From Eledone cirrhosa (Eukaryota): a DNA stretch of 64,000 nucleotides. Location: assembly GCA_964016885.1 (NCBI GenBank), contig OZ024744.1:93310001-93374000 (forward strand), read 5' to 3'. The notes under the pieces were generated by a model. That model saw only the letters and a list, made by a program, of their open reading frames with translations, did no database searches and was not told the origin of the DNA. The translations under genes were made by a program, and so were the position numbers. This document shows, in pieces, positions 13,823-28,842 of the stretch. Every line of letters starts with the position of its first letter. Positions within the stretch are counted from its first letter, which is position 1.

Positions 13823-14279
13823 ACGATTTTCCAATGCAGTAACTCTATGCAGCAAAGTATGTTATCTGATGATCTACCAACACTGCCAATCCACTGCCAT
13901 ATATCTATGAACAGTAAATATCATAACTAAGACAATGAATTGGCAGAGTAATTGGAAAGTCAGGTAGAATATTCTGTAGCATTGGTATTTGTTTGGATCT
14001 GAACACTCTGAGTTCAAATCTAGCCAGGGTCAACTTTGTCTTTCATCCTTCAGAGGTCAATGAAATACTACTAATAGCATTAGTCTATACAAACAAAACG
14101 ATTGGCCAATAGCATTAGTGTATACTACCAAAGCCTTTGACCAATATCTGGCACGAGACCTCCTTTCTAAGTTGCTTGCCATATTGATTCCATACTTTTT
14201 AATTTGTTGAACGAGAAATTTTCTGTTGGACTCCATCAGAATGTACAAAAAGAGTTCACTTTCTGACCCTCTCTAAAAT

Positions 14280-15000
14280 ATACCCAGTACACCCTGTAAT
14301 GTGGTAGTGCTGGAGCTCACTCTGTAAAATCATACTAGTGCCATGATAAAATGCACCCTGTCCAGTCTGTGAAGTGTTAGTGCTTGATGCCTTGATAAAA
14401 TGCACCCAGTACAACCCATAAAATGGTAGTGCTGGTGCCATGAGAATATACATACAGTCACCTGTACACCCCTGTAAAGGGGTAGTGTTGGTGTTATAAT
14501 AAAATGTACCAAGCAAGGGCGTGCAACATGTGGCCCACGAGCCACAATCCGGCCCGCCAGACCAGTCAGAGTGGCCCGCGATGACCGTTTTTAATTTTTA
14601 CCTTGTAGGTTTATTTAGAATTTTTTTCGTAACCGTAATACAATTCTCTGTTAGTTGACCTATACTAAAGGGCTTCACTGATAGGGTTATGTGTGTTATA
14701 ATTTCCCAGTTCCATGTTATGGAAAGAAGTTGTGGTGAATCTTTGGAATAGTGCTTAATAAATATTTAATGGCCCTCATAGTTGTTCCAATGTTCAAAAG
14801 TAGCCTGCCAATGGAATATGTTGCACACCCCTGCTCGAAAGTGTTAGTGTTGGTGCCACTGTAAAACGCCATGATAAATTGCACCCAGTCCTCTCTGTAA
14901 AGTGTTAGTGTTGGTGCCATGATAAAATGCAGCCAGTACACCCTGTAAAATGTTAATATTGATGCCATGATAAAATACAACCTGTCCAGTCTGTAAAATA
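14280..15000 (+). repeat. Degenerate tandem repeats (about 50 bp) of the RTE/SINE tail motif
   Basis: Recurrent GTGCCATGATAAAATGCACCCAGT.CAC.CTGTAAA. Confidence 0.65.
14514..14833. mobile_element. hAT (Charlie-like) MITE
   Basis: CAAGGGCGTGCAAC / GTTGCACACCCCTG TIRs with subterminal GGCCC motifs. Confidence 0.75.
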
Positions 15001-15458
15001 GTAGTGGTGGTAGTGGTGGTGGTGGTGGTGGTGGTGGTGGTGGTGGTGGTGGTGCTGCTGCTGATGATGATGATGATGATTGTGATATAGTTTTCTTTTA
15101 ATCATCGGAAAGGCCAGTCCAGTTTGAGGTGCTGGAATATTAATGAGGATCATGAATACATACCTCAATGTATGAGTCATTGCATTGAGTCCTTGAGCAA
15201 GGCACCAACCAAAAATTTTACTTTCCTAATCCTTTGTGTCAGATTAAGAAACGTAAGTCGTAAGTTGTTCACTGCAGATGGAAGAATGGTTGTTTCCAAT
15301 GAAAGACATCACGTATATGTAGGTTTTTGGAAAAAAAGGGTGCACACACTCACACACACAGACAGACAGACAGACACTACACTTGCATGCACACACTCAC
15401 ACACAGAGATAGACTAACATACACACGTACACACACATACATACACAGACAGGCAGTA

Positions 15459-15495
<37 letters not shown>

Positions 15496-15496
15496 G

Positions 15497-17125
15497 TGTG
15501 GTTGTGGTAGTGGTGGTGGTGGTGGTTGTGCTGGTGGTGGTGGTGGTGGTAGTGATTGTGGTGTTGGTGGTGGTGTGGGTGTTGGTTGTGGTGGGTGGTG
15601 GTAGTGGTTGTGGTGTGGGTGGTGGTTGTGGTGGTGGTGGTGGTGGTGGTAGTGGTTGTGGTGTTGGTGGTAGTGTGGGTGGTGGTGGTTGTGGTGGTGG
15701 TGGTGTGGGTGGTGGTAGTGGTTGTGGTGTTGATGGTAGTGTGGGTGGTGGTTGTGCTGGTGGTAGTGGTTGTGGTGTTGGTGGTAGTGTGGGTGTGGGT
15801 TGTGGTGTTGGTGGTAGTGTGGGTGGTGGTGGTGGTGGTGGTGGTGTGGGTGGTGGTTGTGGTGGTGGTGGTAGTGTGGGTAGTGGTGTGGGTGGTGGTT
15901 GTGGTGGTGGTAGTGGTTGTGGTGGTGTGGGTGGTGGTTGTGGTGGTGGTAGTGTGGGTGGTGGTTGTGGTGGTGGTAGTGGTTGTGGTGGTGGTGTGGG
16001 TGGTGGTTGTGGTGGTAGGTAGTGGTTGTGGTGTTGGTGGTAGTGTGGGTGGTGGTTGAGTGGTGGTAGTGGTTGTGGTGGTGGTGTGGGTGGTGGTTGT
16101 GGTGGTGGTAGTGTGGGCGGTGTTGGTGGTAGTATGGGTGGGTGGTGGTTGTGGTGGTGGTAGTGGTGGTGGTGGTGTGGGTGGTGGTTGTGGTGGTGGT
16201 AGTGGTTGTGGTGTTGGTGGTAGTGTGGGTGGTGGTTGTGGTGGTGGTGGTGGTAGTGGTTGTGGTGTTGGTGGTAGTGTGGGTGGTGGTTGTGGTGGTG
16301 GTTGTGTGGTGGTAGTGGTTGTGGTGTTGGTGGTAGTGTGGGTGGTGGTTGTGTGGTGGTAGTGGTTGTGGTGGTGGTAGTGGTTGTGGTGGTAGTAGTG
16401 GTTGTGGTGGTGGTAGTGGTTGTGGTGTTGGTGGTAGTGTGGGTGGTGGTTGTGGTGGTGGTAGTGGTTGTGGTGGTGGTGGTGGAGGGGGGGTTGTGGT
16501 GGTGGAGGGGGGTTGTGGTGGTGGAGGGGGGTTGTGGTGGTGGTGTGGGTGTTGGTTGTGGTGGTTGTGCTGGTGCTGGTTGTGGTGGTGGTGGTAGTGG
16601 TGGTGGTAGTGTGGGTGGTGGTTGTGGTGGGTGGTGGTGGTGGTGGTTGTGTGGGTGGTGGTGTGGGTGGTGATGGTGGTGGTGTGGGTGTTGGTTGTGG
16701 TGGTGGTGGTGGTGGTTGTGGTGTTGGTGGTAGTGTGGGTGTTGGTTGTGGTGGTGGAGGGGGGTTGTGGTGGTGGAGGGGGGTTGTGGTGGTGGAGGGG
16801 GGTTGTGGTGGTGGTGGTGGTGTGGGTGTTGGTTGTGGTGGTTGTGTGGGTGCTGGTTGTGGTGGTGGTGGTGGTGGTTGTGTGGGTGGTGGTTGTGGTG
16901 GGTGGTGGTGGTGGTGGTTGTGTGGGTGGTGGTGTGGGTGGTGGTTGTGGTGGTGGTGGTGTGGGTGTTGGTTGTGGTGGTGGTGGTGTGGGTCGTGGTG
17001 GTGGTGGTGGTGGTGGTGTGGGTGTTGGTTGTGGTGGGTGGTGGTTGTGGTGGTTGTGTGAGTGCTGGTTGTGGTGGTGGTGGTAGTGGTGGTGGTAGTG
17101 TGGGTGGTGGTTGTGGTGGTGGTAG
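15497..17125. repeat. Long (GGT/GTT/GTG)n G-rich compound microsatellite
   Basis: Directly visible. Confidence 0.95.
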
Positions 17126-17139
17126 GGTGAGTGGACAGT

Positions 17140-19959
17140 AACTAACACACACAGACACATACATGTGATAGGCAGTAACACCCCCCACATGCACACACAC
17201 GGACAGACAGAAACACACACATGCATGCACACATACATTCATGCACACTCACAGTCAGGTAGTAACATACACACACACACACATGTACACACACAAAGAG
17301 ACAGAAACAGTTAGTAGCACACACATACACATATAGACAGATAGTAGCACACATACAGACACACAGTAATACACACACACACATACACACACACATACAT
17401 GTGCAGGCACACAGTAACATACACATGCACCCATTTACATACACACATTTACACACACAAACAGACAGACATACACATACAGAAACACTCACACACACTC
17501 ACACAGACCAACAGACAGACAGATAACAACACACATACACACACAGAAACACTCTCTCTCACACATACACACACACAGATAATAACACACATACACACAT
17601 AGAAACACTCACACACACAAAGATAATAACACATACACACACAGAAACACACTCTCATACACACAGATAAAAACACACAGAAACACACAGAAACACACGC
17701 ACACAGACCAACAGACACACAGATAATAACACACATACACACACATACACACTCTTTCTCTCTCTCTCACACACACACACATACACAGACCAACAGACAG
17801 ACATATAACAACACACATACACACAGAGAAACACTCTCTCTCTCTCACACACACAGATAATAGCACACATCCACACACAGAAACACTCTCACACACATAC
17901 ACAGACTAACACACACACAGATAACGACACACATATACACACAGAAACACGCCCAAACACACAGATAATAGCACACATACACACACAGTAACACTCACAC
18001 ACACACACGCACACAGACCAACAGACAGACAGATAATAACACACATACACACACAGAAACACTCTCTCTCACACACACACACACACAGACCAACAGACAG
18101 ACATATAATAACACACATACACACACAGAAACACTCTCTCTCTCACATATACACACACACAGACCAACAGACAGACATATAGTAACACACATACACACAC
18201 AGAAACACTCTCTCTCACACACACACACAGACCAACAGACAGACATATAATAATACACATACACACACAGAAACACTCTCTCTCACATACACACACACAG
18301 ACCAACAGACAGACATATAATAACACACATACACACACAGTAACACTCTCTCTCACACACACACACAGACCAACAGACAGACATATAATAACACACATAC
18401 ACACACAGTAACACTCACACACACACACACACAGACCAACAGACAGACATATAATAACACACATACACACACAGTAACACTCACACACACACACACACAG
18501 ACCAACAGACAGACATATAATAACACACATACACACACAGTAACACTCTCTCTCACACACACACACAGACCAACAGACAGACATATAATAATACACATAC
18601 ACACACAGAAACACTCTCTCTCACATACACACACACAGACCAACAGACAGACATATAATAACACACATACACACACAGTAACACTCTCTCTCACACACAC
18701 ACACAGACCAACAGACAGACATATAATAACACACATACACACACAGTAACACTCACACACACACACACACAGACCAACAGACAGACATATAATAACACAC
18801 ATACACACACAGTAACACTCACACACACACACAGACCAACAGACAGACATATAATAACACACATACACACACAGTAACACTCTCTCTCACACACACACAC
18901 AGACCAACAGACAGACATATAATAACACACATACACACACAGTAACACTCACACACACACACACACAGACCAACAGACAGACATATAATAACACACATAC
19001 ACACACAGTAACACTCTCTCTCACACACACACACACAGACCAACAGACAGACATATAATAACACACATACACACACAGTAACACTCTCTCTCACACACAC
19101 ACACAGACCAACAGACAGACATATAATAACACACATACACACACAGAAACACTCTCTCTCTCACATATACACACACACAGACCAACAGACAGACATATAA
19201 TAACACACATACACACACAGTAACACTCTCTCTTACACACACACACACAGACCAACAGACAGACATATAATAACACTCATACACACACAGAAACACTCTC
19301 TCTCTCACATATACACACACACAGACCAACAGACAGACATATAATAACACACATACACACACAGTAACACTCTCTCTCACACACACACACAGACCAACAG
19401 ACAGACATATAATAACACACACACACAGTAACACTCACACACACACACAGACCAACAGACAGACATATAATAACACACATACACACACAGTAACACTCTC
19501 TCTCACACACACACACAGACCAACAGACAGACATATAATAACACACATACACACACAGTAACACTCACACACACACACACACAGACCAACAGACAGACAT
19601 ATAATAACACACATACACACACAGTAACACTCTCTCTCACACACACACACAGACCAACAGACAGACATATAATAACACACATACACACACAGTAACACTC
19701 TCTCTCACACACACACACAGACCAACAGACAGACATATAATAACACACACACACACACAGTAACACTCACACACACACACACAGACCAACAGACAGACAT
19801 ATAATAACACACATACACACACAGTAACACTCACACACACACACAGACCAACAGACAGACATATAATAACACACATACACACACAGTAACACTCACACAC
19901 ACACACACACACAGACCAACAGACAGACATATAATAACACTCATACACACACAGAAACA

Positions 19960-19994
<35 letters not shown>

Positions 19995-20300
19995 AGAGAC
20001 AGACATATAATAACACACATACACACACAGAAATACTCTCTCTCTTACACACACAGACCAACAGACATACATATAATAACACATATACACACACAGAAAC
20101 ACTTTCTCTCACATACACACACACACAGACCAACAGACAGACATATAATAACACACATACACACACATACACACTCACACACACACACCAACAGACAGAC
20201 ATATAATAACACACATACACACACAGAAACACTCTCTCTCACATACACACACAGACCAACAGACATATAATAATACACATACACACACATACACACTCTT

Positions 20301-20331
<31 letters not shown>

Positions 20332-20510
20332 GACCAACAGACATATAATAATACACATACACACACATACACACTCTTTCTCTCTCTCTCACACACAGAC
20401 CAACAGACATACATATAATAACACACATACACACAGAGAAACACTCTCTCTCTCTCACACACACACAGAAACACACACTCGCTCTCTCTCTCTCACACAC
20501 ACACACAATA
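17140..20510. repeat. CA-rich minisatellite, units of about 64-70 bp
   Basis: Recurrent AGACCAACAGACAGACATATAATAACACACATACACACACAGTAACACTC. Confidence 0.93.
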
Positions 20511-20751
20511 ACAGATGTTGAGTCTTCAGTTGCAACAATGAGTGTTCCAGTTGTTCAAACAATGGAACAGCTTGCTTGTGAAATTAATGTGCAAGTGGCT
20601 GAGTATTCCAAAGACCCATTTATGTGTATGTTTAACATGAGATTAAAATATCTTAACCAGATTTAATGTGATACGCTGTGTATGATGAGGTGCGTCTATT
20701 GAATCTCAAAAAATACAACTTTTGCAAGCTTAGAGAAAACTGTAGCAGTGT

Positions 20752-22335
20752 GAAATAAAGTGTCTTGCTTAAGGACACAATGTACTGCTGGTAACGAAAT
20801 ATATCAGCCTGATAATCATCAGCTGAACACACCCTAACCACTAACCCACACAAGCTTTCACACACACTCATACCCTATACACAAACACCCACATACACAT
20901 ACACACACAAACACATGCACATACACACACTCACACACACACATAACCCCCCGAAATAAAGTGTCTTGCTTAAGGACACAATGTACTGCTGGTAACGAAA
21001 TATATCAGCCTGATAATCATCAGCTGAACACACCCTAACCACTAACTCACACAAGCTTTCACACACACTCATACCCTATACACAAACACCCACATACACA
21101 TACACACACAAACACATGCACATACACACACTCACACACACACATAACCCCCCGAAATAAAGTGTCTTGCTTAAGGACACAATGTACTGCTGGTAACGAA
21201 ATATATCAGCCTGATAATCATCAGCTGAACACACCCTAACCACTAACTCACACAAGCTTTCACACACACTCATACCCTATACACAAACACCCATATACAC
21301 ATACACACACAAACACATGCACATACACACACTCACACACACACATAACCCCCCGAAATAAAGTGTCTTGCTTAAGGACACAATGTACTGCTGGTAACGA
21401 AATATATCAGCCTGATAATCATCAGCTGAACACACCCTAACCACTAACTCACACAAGCTTTCACACACACTCATACACAGTAACACAAACACCCACATAC
21501 ACACACACACTCAAACACATGCACATACACACACTCACACACACACATAACCCCCCGAAATAAAGTGTCTTGCTTAAGGACACAATGTACTGCTGGTAAC
21601 GAAATATATCAGCCTGATAATCATCAGCTGAACACACCCTAACCACTAACTCACACAAGCTTTCACACACACTCATACACAATAACACAAACACCCACAT
21701 ACACACACACACTCAAACACATGCACATACACACACACACTCACACTCACACACACACATAACCCCCCGAAATAAAGTGTCTTGCTTAAGGACACAATGT
21801 ACTGCTGGTAACGAAATATATCAGCCTGATAATCATCAGCTGAACACACCCTAACCACTAACTCACACAAGCTTTCACACACACTCATACACAATAACAC
21901 AAACACCCACATACACACACACACTCAAACACATGCACATACACACACACACTCACACTCACACACACACATAACCCCCCCGAAATAAAGTGTCTTGCTT
22001 AAGGACACAATGTACTGCTGGTAACGATATATATCAGCCTGATAATCATGAGCTGAACACACCCTAACTACTAACTCACACAAGCTTTCACACACACTCA
22101 TACACAATAACACAAACACCCACATACACACACACACTCAAACACATGCACATACACACACACACTCACACTCACACACACACATAACCCCCCCGAAATA
22201 AAGTGTCTTGCTTAAGGACACAATGTACTGCTGGTAACGATATATATCAGCCTGATAATCATGAGCTGAACACACCCTAACTACTAACTCACACAAGCTT
22301 TCACACACACTCATACACAGTAACACAAACACTCA
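20752..22335 (-). repeat. 8 tandem 201-213-bp units of a CORE-SINE head plus CA repeat
   Basis: Each unit carries GAAATAAAGTGTCTTGCTTAAGGACACA...CCCTAACCACTAA; ORF track offsets are 201 and 212-213. Confidence 0.9.
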
Positions 22336-22587
22336 CATACACACACACTCAAACACATACACATACACACATACTCCCCCCCCCCTGCACACACACACAT
22401 AAAGACACAGACATACACACACACGCACATATATATATATACACACTAATGCACAGACACACAGGCTATATTAGAAAAAGTCGGAAACCCGACAACTGAG
22501 CTCTTGCAATTTCAACGGACTTGAGTCTTGCACTAACTGTTGAAACGGCAAGAGCTCAGCCGTTCAGTCTCGACACTTTATTTTATT

Positions 22588-23273
<686 letters not shown>

Positions 23274-23544
23274 TATATATATATATATATGTGTGTGTGT
23301 GAGTGTGTGTATTCATGTGTCCATGTTGTTTTTGTCCGTTTGTTTTTCTTTAACATTTAAGAAGAAGAAGAAGAACCACAACAACATCAACAACAACAAC
23401 AGCAACAAAATAGTAATTACAAAGGAACAATAAGTGTCTGTGTGTCAACAGTACCATCTAACAACTGGAGGTACATACCCAGGTAATAAAGTATAAGGTA
23501 TAATGTTTCTTTTCATTTCAAACAATATATGTATGTATGTATGT

Positions 23545-24440
23545 ATGGTCAGGTCACCAGTTGGTGCTACTGGTAACATGTATCCCAGTACAACCTGTCT
23601 CATGGTCGGGTCGTTGGCAACCCCACCAAGGTTTCTTGGTGAGGAGGGTGACTTTGGACATCCTGCAGGACTAAAAACAAAACCTGTCAAAAGGCAAAGG
23701 AGCTCTTAAGAGTCAATGGCCATCCAAAATCACCGGGAGAGATGACCCCTTAGCCTTTGTCAAGGCAGAATTCTAGGAGAAGGAAAACTCTGATATAACA
23801 CCTGCAACCCTGATGGTATCCAATGATGTTGACTTGTTCTTCTTTTTGGTAAATATCATCTTGGTTAAGAGAGTGGGACTGGCTTTGTGCAGTGCCTTTG
23901 CTCACTATAAAAGGTTCACGGCACAGGCATTGCTTTATATCTATATCTCTCTCTGTACTTGTCGTCACATGGTACCATGGGCCCAGCACTATGTGTCAAT
24001 AATTGTCACAGGTGTAGTGCTTGAACCAGAGTTTTCAAGTCGCTGGCTGGACTAAAAAGTCACACTCGTTCAGCGCATCAGTAGGGGTTCTCCTACATGG
24101 ATATAAAGTAGTGGCCGTAGTCGAAAACGAGTTGGCAGCAACCATGTATGTATGTATGTAGTTACCGATGATGTTGATCTATTCTTCTTTTCGGATTATA
24201 GCTACTGTCGCTCAGAGAGTGGGATTGGCTCAGTGCACAGTCTTTCCTCACTTTAAAAATATCTTCATGCACAGGCATTGCACGATAGAATTACTTAATA
24301 ATTATTAATAATGGTATATCGTGCAATGGCCATACTCGATAACGAGGGGGCAGCCATCATGTATGTATGTGTGTATGTATGTGTGTATGTTTGTATGTAT
24401 GTATGTGTGTGTGTGTATGTATGTATGTATGTATGTATGT
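23545..24440 (+). mobile_element. RTE-related non-autonomous elements with (TATG)n tails
   Basis: Shared GATGTTGA.(C/T)T.TTC...AGAGAGTGGGA.TGG core and GGCC.TA.TCGA.AACGAG..GGCAGC.A.CAT 3' end; related copies at 28275-28600 and 38045-38225 (minus). Confidence 0.55.
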
Positions 24441-25175
24441 TCTTCTGGTTTTATAATTTCACAAAGTTTTACCAATAGAGAGAGAGTCGGTTTCTAACAT
24501 AGACACAAGACTCTCTCATTAGAATTTACACAACATCAACTAGGTAGATTATGTATACATGCATGCATGTGTAGATATGGATGTTATTGTATGTGTGGAT
24601 GTTTTGAGTTGTATGTGTACATGTGTATATGCTTTGTATCTGTACATGTGTATATGCAGTTATTAGATGCAAAATGTTTGGAATGTTTTACATATTTTTA
24701 CTGTTCCATTAATGGATTGTACTTGTAATTTCCTAACTAGTTGTGTTCTTTCTGTTCCTGTGAAGCCCAGCTTCTCAAGATTTGTATTGAGGTAGTTACT
24801 AACATACCCCAGTGCCCCAATAATCACAGACATAAATCTGAAGTTGTAATCAGGGTGGAGTATCTGCAGATTTCTCATCAGTTCTGCATAAATATTCTCC
24901 TTTTCACTAATCTTTGATATTATATTGGCATCTGCTGGGCAGCTAACTTCCACTACTGTGCATGGCTTCTTTTCCCTGTCCCATAATATCTGGTCTGTTA
25001 TGCCTGCATTTTATTGGGGTTTTTACTGGAACATTCCACCAGTACTCTTTCATATTATGTACATGGATGTCTTCCACATTGCTGTAGCTTTTAATGTGTT
25101 TATTATCAGGGCTTTCTTTTCTATAGATCACATTGTACAGTCTTTTGACCACTACACCATGCTTCATAGGTAGAT
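24440..25175 (-). mobile_element. R4/Dong-like RLE non-LTR retrotransposon 3' end
   Basis: YWWNVPVKT...HNRPDI / EVSCPAD.NI..K..EK...Y..L...FMSVIIGALGYV; flanked by (TATG)n. Confidence 0.8.
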
Positions 25176-26288
25176 AGTACCGCAATGATGTATGTACGTA
25201 TGTATGTATATATATATGTATAGTATTATACACCGCTCTATAGGTAATTTGAGCATGAATTGATTGGTTTGGTAGTGTTGTGCAGAGGAAGTGCCTTCCT
25301 TAGACAGATGAAAAACGATTTAATCTAGTAACGCTGTTGAGCAGTAGGACCAGGACGCTGAGCGCAGAGAATGAATGTATTGCAACTGGCGTGCGGGTTG
25401 TACATATATGGATGATTTGGCGGTCAGAGAGGGGTCGTGAGGACTGCGGGGTGACCTCTGGCTGGACCTGGTGATGATTATCTTTCGACATCCAATGTAG
25501 TAAGCTATGACCCAGAACTTACCAGAGATCATTGTGTCTTGAAGTGATTCTGCAACCACCACGCCTGGTCCTATGAGTAGACTACAACCACAGAGATCAT
25601 TAATTCACCATAATAATACGAACACCTTCAGCACAACTTAATTAAACTACTCTATAGTTAAAACACTTTATGCTTTAGAATTTTTTTGGAAGTTGCGCAT
25701 AACCATAGAAATTAGGGTCTATATTGAGACACATTTCAATAGCTAGGTATAGAAACCCCGGAGTTACCTCCCCTCATGCATTAACTCCCCTTAGCCACAC
25801 ACACACTTCCGGGTGGTATTCAATGTCGTTTCTCGAAACGTAACAGCCTCCTGTATTGAACTAAAGAACATCAGACTACGATTCTCTAACTGGATTGTCA
25901 AACGCTCAATATTGAATTGTCGTGGATTATGTAAGGGACATATAATCGAAAAATACACTCCCCTGACCATGAAAATGTCGAAGTACATGAAGTACTTGTC
26001 ATCCCTTCGCTGTGCATCTCCAATATTTTTAATGCTTGCACTATTTTTAATGCTTATATCATTTCTCCACACACAGACTATATCAATCATATAAAGAATT
26101 TGCCACCAGATCAACCAACCTAACACTCTTGTTTACCTACCTAAGTGCCTCTACTACACGTATCTCTCTGCCACACTATATAAACAAGACACACGTGCTT
26201 GCCACACATATAACATTTGCACTATATAACCGCTTATCTGCATGTTGTATTTTAACCTGTATTTTTGATTTTTGATTGTACCTTTTAA

Positions 26289-27716
26289 TCATCATCATCA
26301 TCATCATCAACGTTTAACGTCCGTGTTCCACGCTTGCATGGGTTTGGACGGGGGTAGTCCCACTTGAGGCAAGAGTGATTGTCTTGCTCGCATAGGACTG
26401 TCTGGCAGGTTTTCTACAGTTGGATGCCCTTCCTAACACCAACCACATTTACAGTGTGGGTCTGGGAGGTTTTTACCGTGTTGCCTACACGGCCACATTA
26501 CAGCGTGGACTGTGTGTTTTTTTGTCGTGACACCTACACGATCTCATTTGTTTCGGCCTGGATGGCGCGGCACCAACATAACTTTACATAGGACGGGGTG
26601 GTGTGGATGGGTGGGGGTGGTGGCGGGACGGGGTGTATTTTGTTAGAGATGCCTACTGGCAAGGCGGGTCTTCTCTGTTACTGAGTACCGCCAAAGGTCT
26701 CGGTCCAGTGACATTGTCTTGGAGAGGTGTAAGTGTGTGAGGTCGGAGTTTATCAGCTCGTCCCAGGTTTTTCTAGGTCTGCCTATTCCGTGGCTACCGT
26801 CTATCTTTATTGCCCTGCACTTTGTTATACAGCTATCGACTTTCATGCGCATCACGTGTCCATACCAACGTAGCCTTCTCTCGAGTAAACAACATCTGAT
26901 CCCTCTTATCTCTAATTTTTTCCTTAGTTCGTTTATGCTTTGCCGTTCACGTATATTACTGTTACACATCCAGCGGAGCATGCAAGCTTCGTTCCTCTCT
27001 AGTCTGCATATATCCTCTGCACACAATGCCCAGGTCTCACTGCCATGCAACATTGCTGTTCGTATGCAGGCATCGTACAACCTGCCTTTCATTTTTAGGG
27101 AGAACCCTTTAGCAGCTAATAGTGGTATAAGCTCTCTGAACTTTTTCCAACCAGTTCTGACTCTAGCTACAGTACTTTCAGAGCACCCTCCCCCACTGCT
27201 GATTTTATCGCCCAGGTAACGGAAGCTGTCCACTATTTCTATAGAGCCCTCTGCGCAGTTGTAAGAGCTAGTATTTTGTGGGCACTTGCTGCTACTTATT
27301 GCACCAGAGCACCAGCCACATGTCAAATCTATGTTCTTAGTTAGCTTACCTGTGATCCCACTACATCTTTTATGCACCCATACTTTGCATTTAGGACATA
27401 AAATGGAGTTTCTACCTACGCCTTTCCTACACACCGAGCACGACCATTTCCCAGAAGGGACCGCCGCCTTGTTTTCTTTCCTACAAACTAGAACTTTGGT
27501 CTTAGCCAGGTTAATTTTAAGTCCTTTTGACTCTAGGCCGTGCTTCCATGTTTGGAATTTCTTCTCTAGCTCGACCATTGATTCCGCTATGAGTGTCAGG
27601 TCGTCTGCGTATAGGAGTTCCCATGGGCAGCCTGTCTTGAACTCCTCTGTTATAGCCTGAAGGGCAATAATAAATAGTAGGGGGCTGAGAACAGAGCCCT
27701 GATGGACGCCAACTTT
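26289..27716 (-). mobile_element. 5'-truncated RTE LINE (RT C-half, PHD-like finger, 3' UTR)
   Basis: GVHQGSVLSPLLF, YADD, YLG, WYGHV, GRPRKTW motifs; (GAT)n tail. Confidence 0.95.
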
Positions 27717-27966
27717 ATGAATGTAATCTCGAAGTGTGTACTGCCACTCTAAATTCTGTAATGAATGTTGACCCACAATATTTGCATATGTATCGGTATG
27801 TCTCTCGGCTGAAAAGGAGGTCATATAACTGTCCATTCATTAATAAATTGCTCCGAAGAATCCAAACCTCGGTTTGGAGGAAACAGCTGTAAGCACAATA
27901 ATGTTTTGAACAGTTCTTTGATTCTTATATTTCATATATTTCATATATATATGTATATATGTATGT

Positions 27967-28130
27967 ATGATGCAAGACCTAATGCCAAGGAGATCCATAG
28001 TTGTCATCAATGTAGAAAGGAGTGCAAGTCTCTAGCAGGCTTCAAAAGCCATATCCGAGGGTCACACATGTGAATTTGACAAACAATTGCAATACTCTTA
28101 GCGTGAGTTTGTAGCCATCATATATGTATT
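27967..28130 (+). mobile_element. RTE/BovB-type 3' end with C2H2 finger
   Basis: HSCHQCRKECKSLAGFKSHIRGSH followed by a (TATG)-type tail. Confidence 0.55.
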
Positions 28131-28842
28131 TAACATACGGATGTTAAATGAAAAAATCTGACCACCTTCATTTTATGTGCACTTTCCTCACTTGAATGTA
28201 GTGTGTGTAGTGTATGTATGTATGTGTGTATGTATGTAGTGTGTGTATGCATGTATGTATGAGTGTATATATGTATGTTCTTCTTTTTGGTAAATATCAT
28301 CTTGGTTAAGAGAGTGGGACTGGCTTTGTGCAGTGCCTTTGCTCACTATAAAAGCTTCACGGCACAGGCATTGCTTTATATCTGGAGATCTCTCTGCACT
28401 TGTCGTCACATGGTACCATGGGCCCAGCACTATATGTCAATAATTGTCACAAGTGTAGTGTTTGTACCAGAGTTTTCAAGTCGCTGGCTGGACTAAAAAG
28501 TCACGCACGTTCAGCGCATCGGTAGGGGTTCTCCTACATATAAAGTAGTGGCCGTACTCGAAAACGAGTTGGCAGCCACCATATATGTATGTATGTATGT
28601 ATGTTTGTGTGTATGTATGTATATGTGTAAGAGTGTATGTATGTGTGTATGTATGCATGTATTTATGTATGTATGTGTTTATGTATGTATGTGTGCGTAT
28701 GTTTGTGTGTTTGTATTGTGTTCGTATGTGTGCATGTGTGTGTCTATGTGTGTGTATGTGTGAGTGCGTGATAAAAAATGTATCAGATTGCCAGTTGAAG
28801 TATTGTCACTACAGTTTGTATCACACACCAAGCATTCCATTG

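Noticed and set aside
14057-14275. Possible minus-strand exon
   Set aside because: No recognisable protein motif and weak splice signals.
25240-26130. Possible coding remnants (ORFs at 25300-25562 and 25791-26126)
   Set aside because: Only faint PLE-like similarity in the first part and no recognisable motif in the second.
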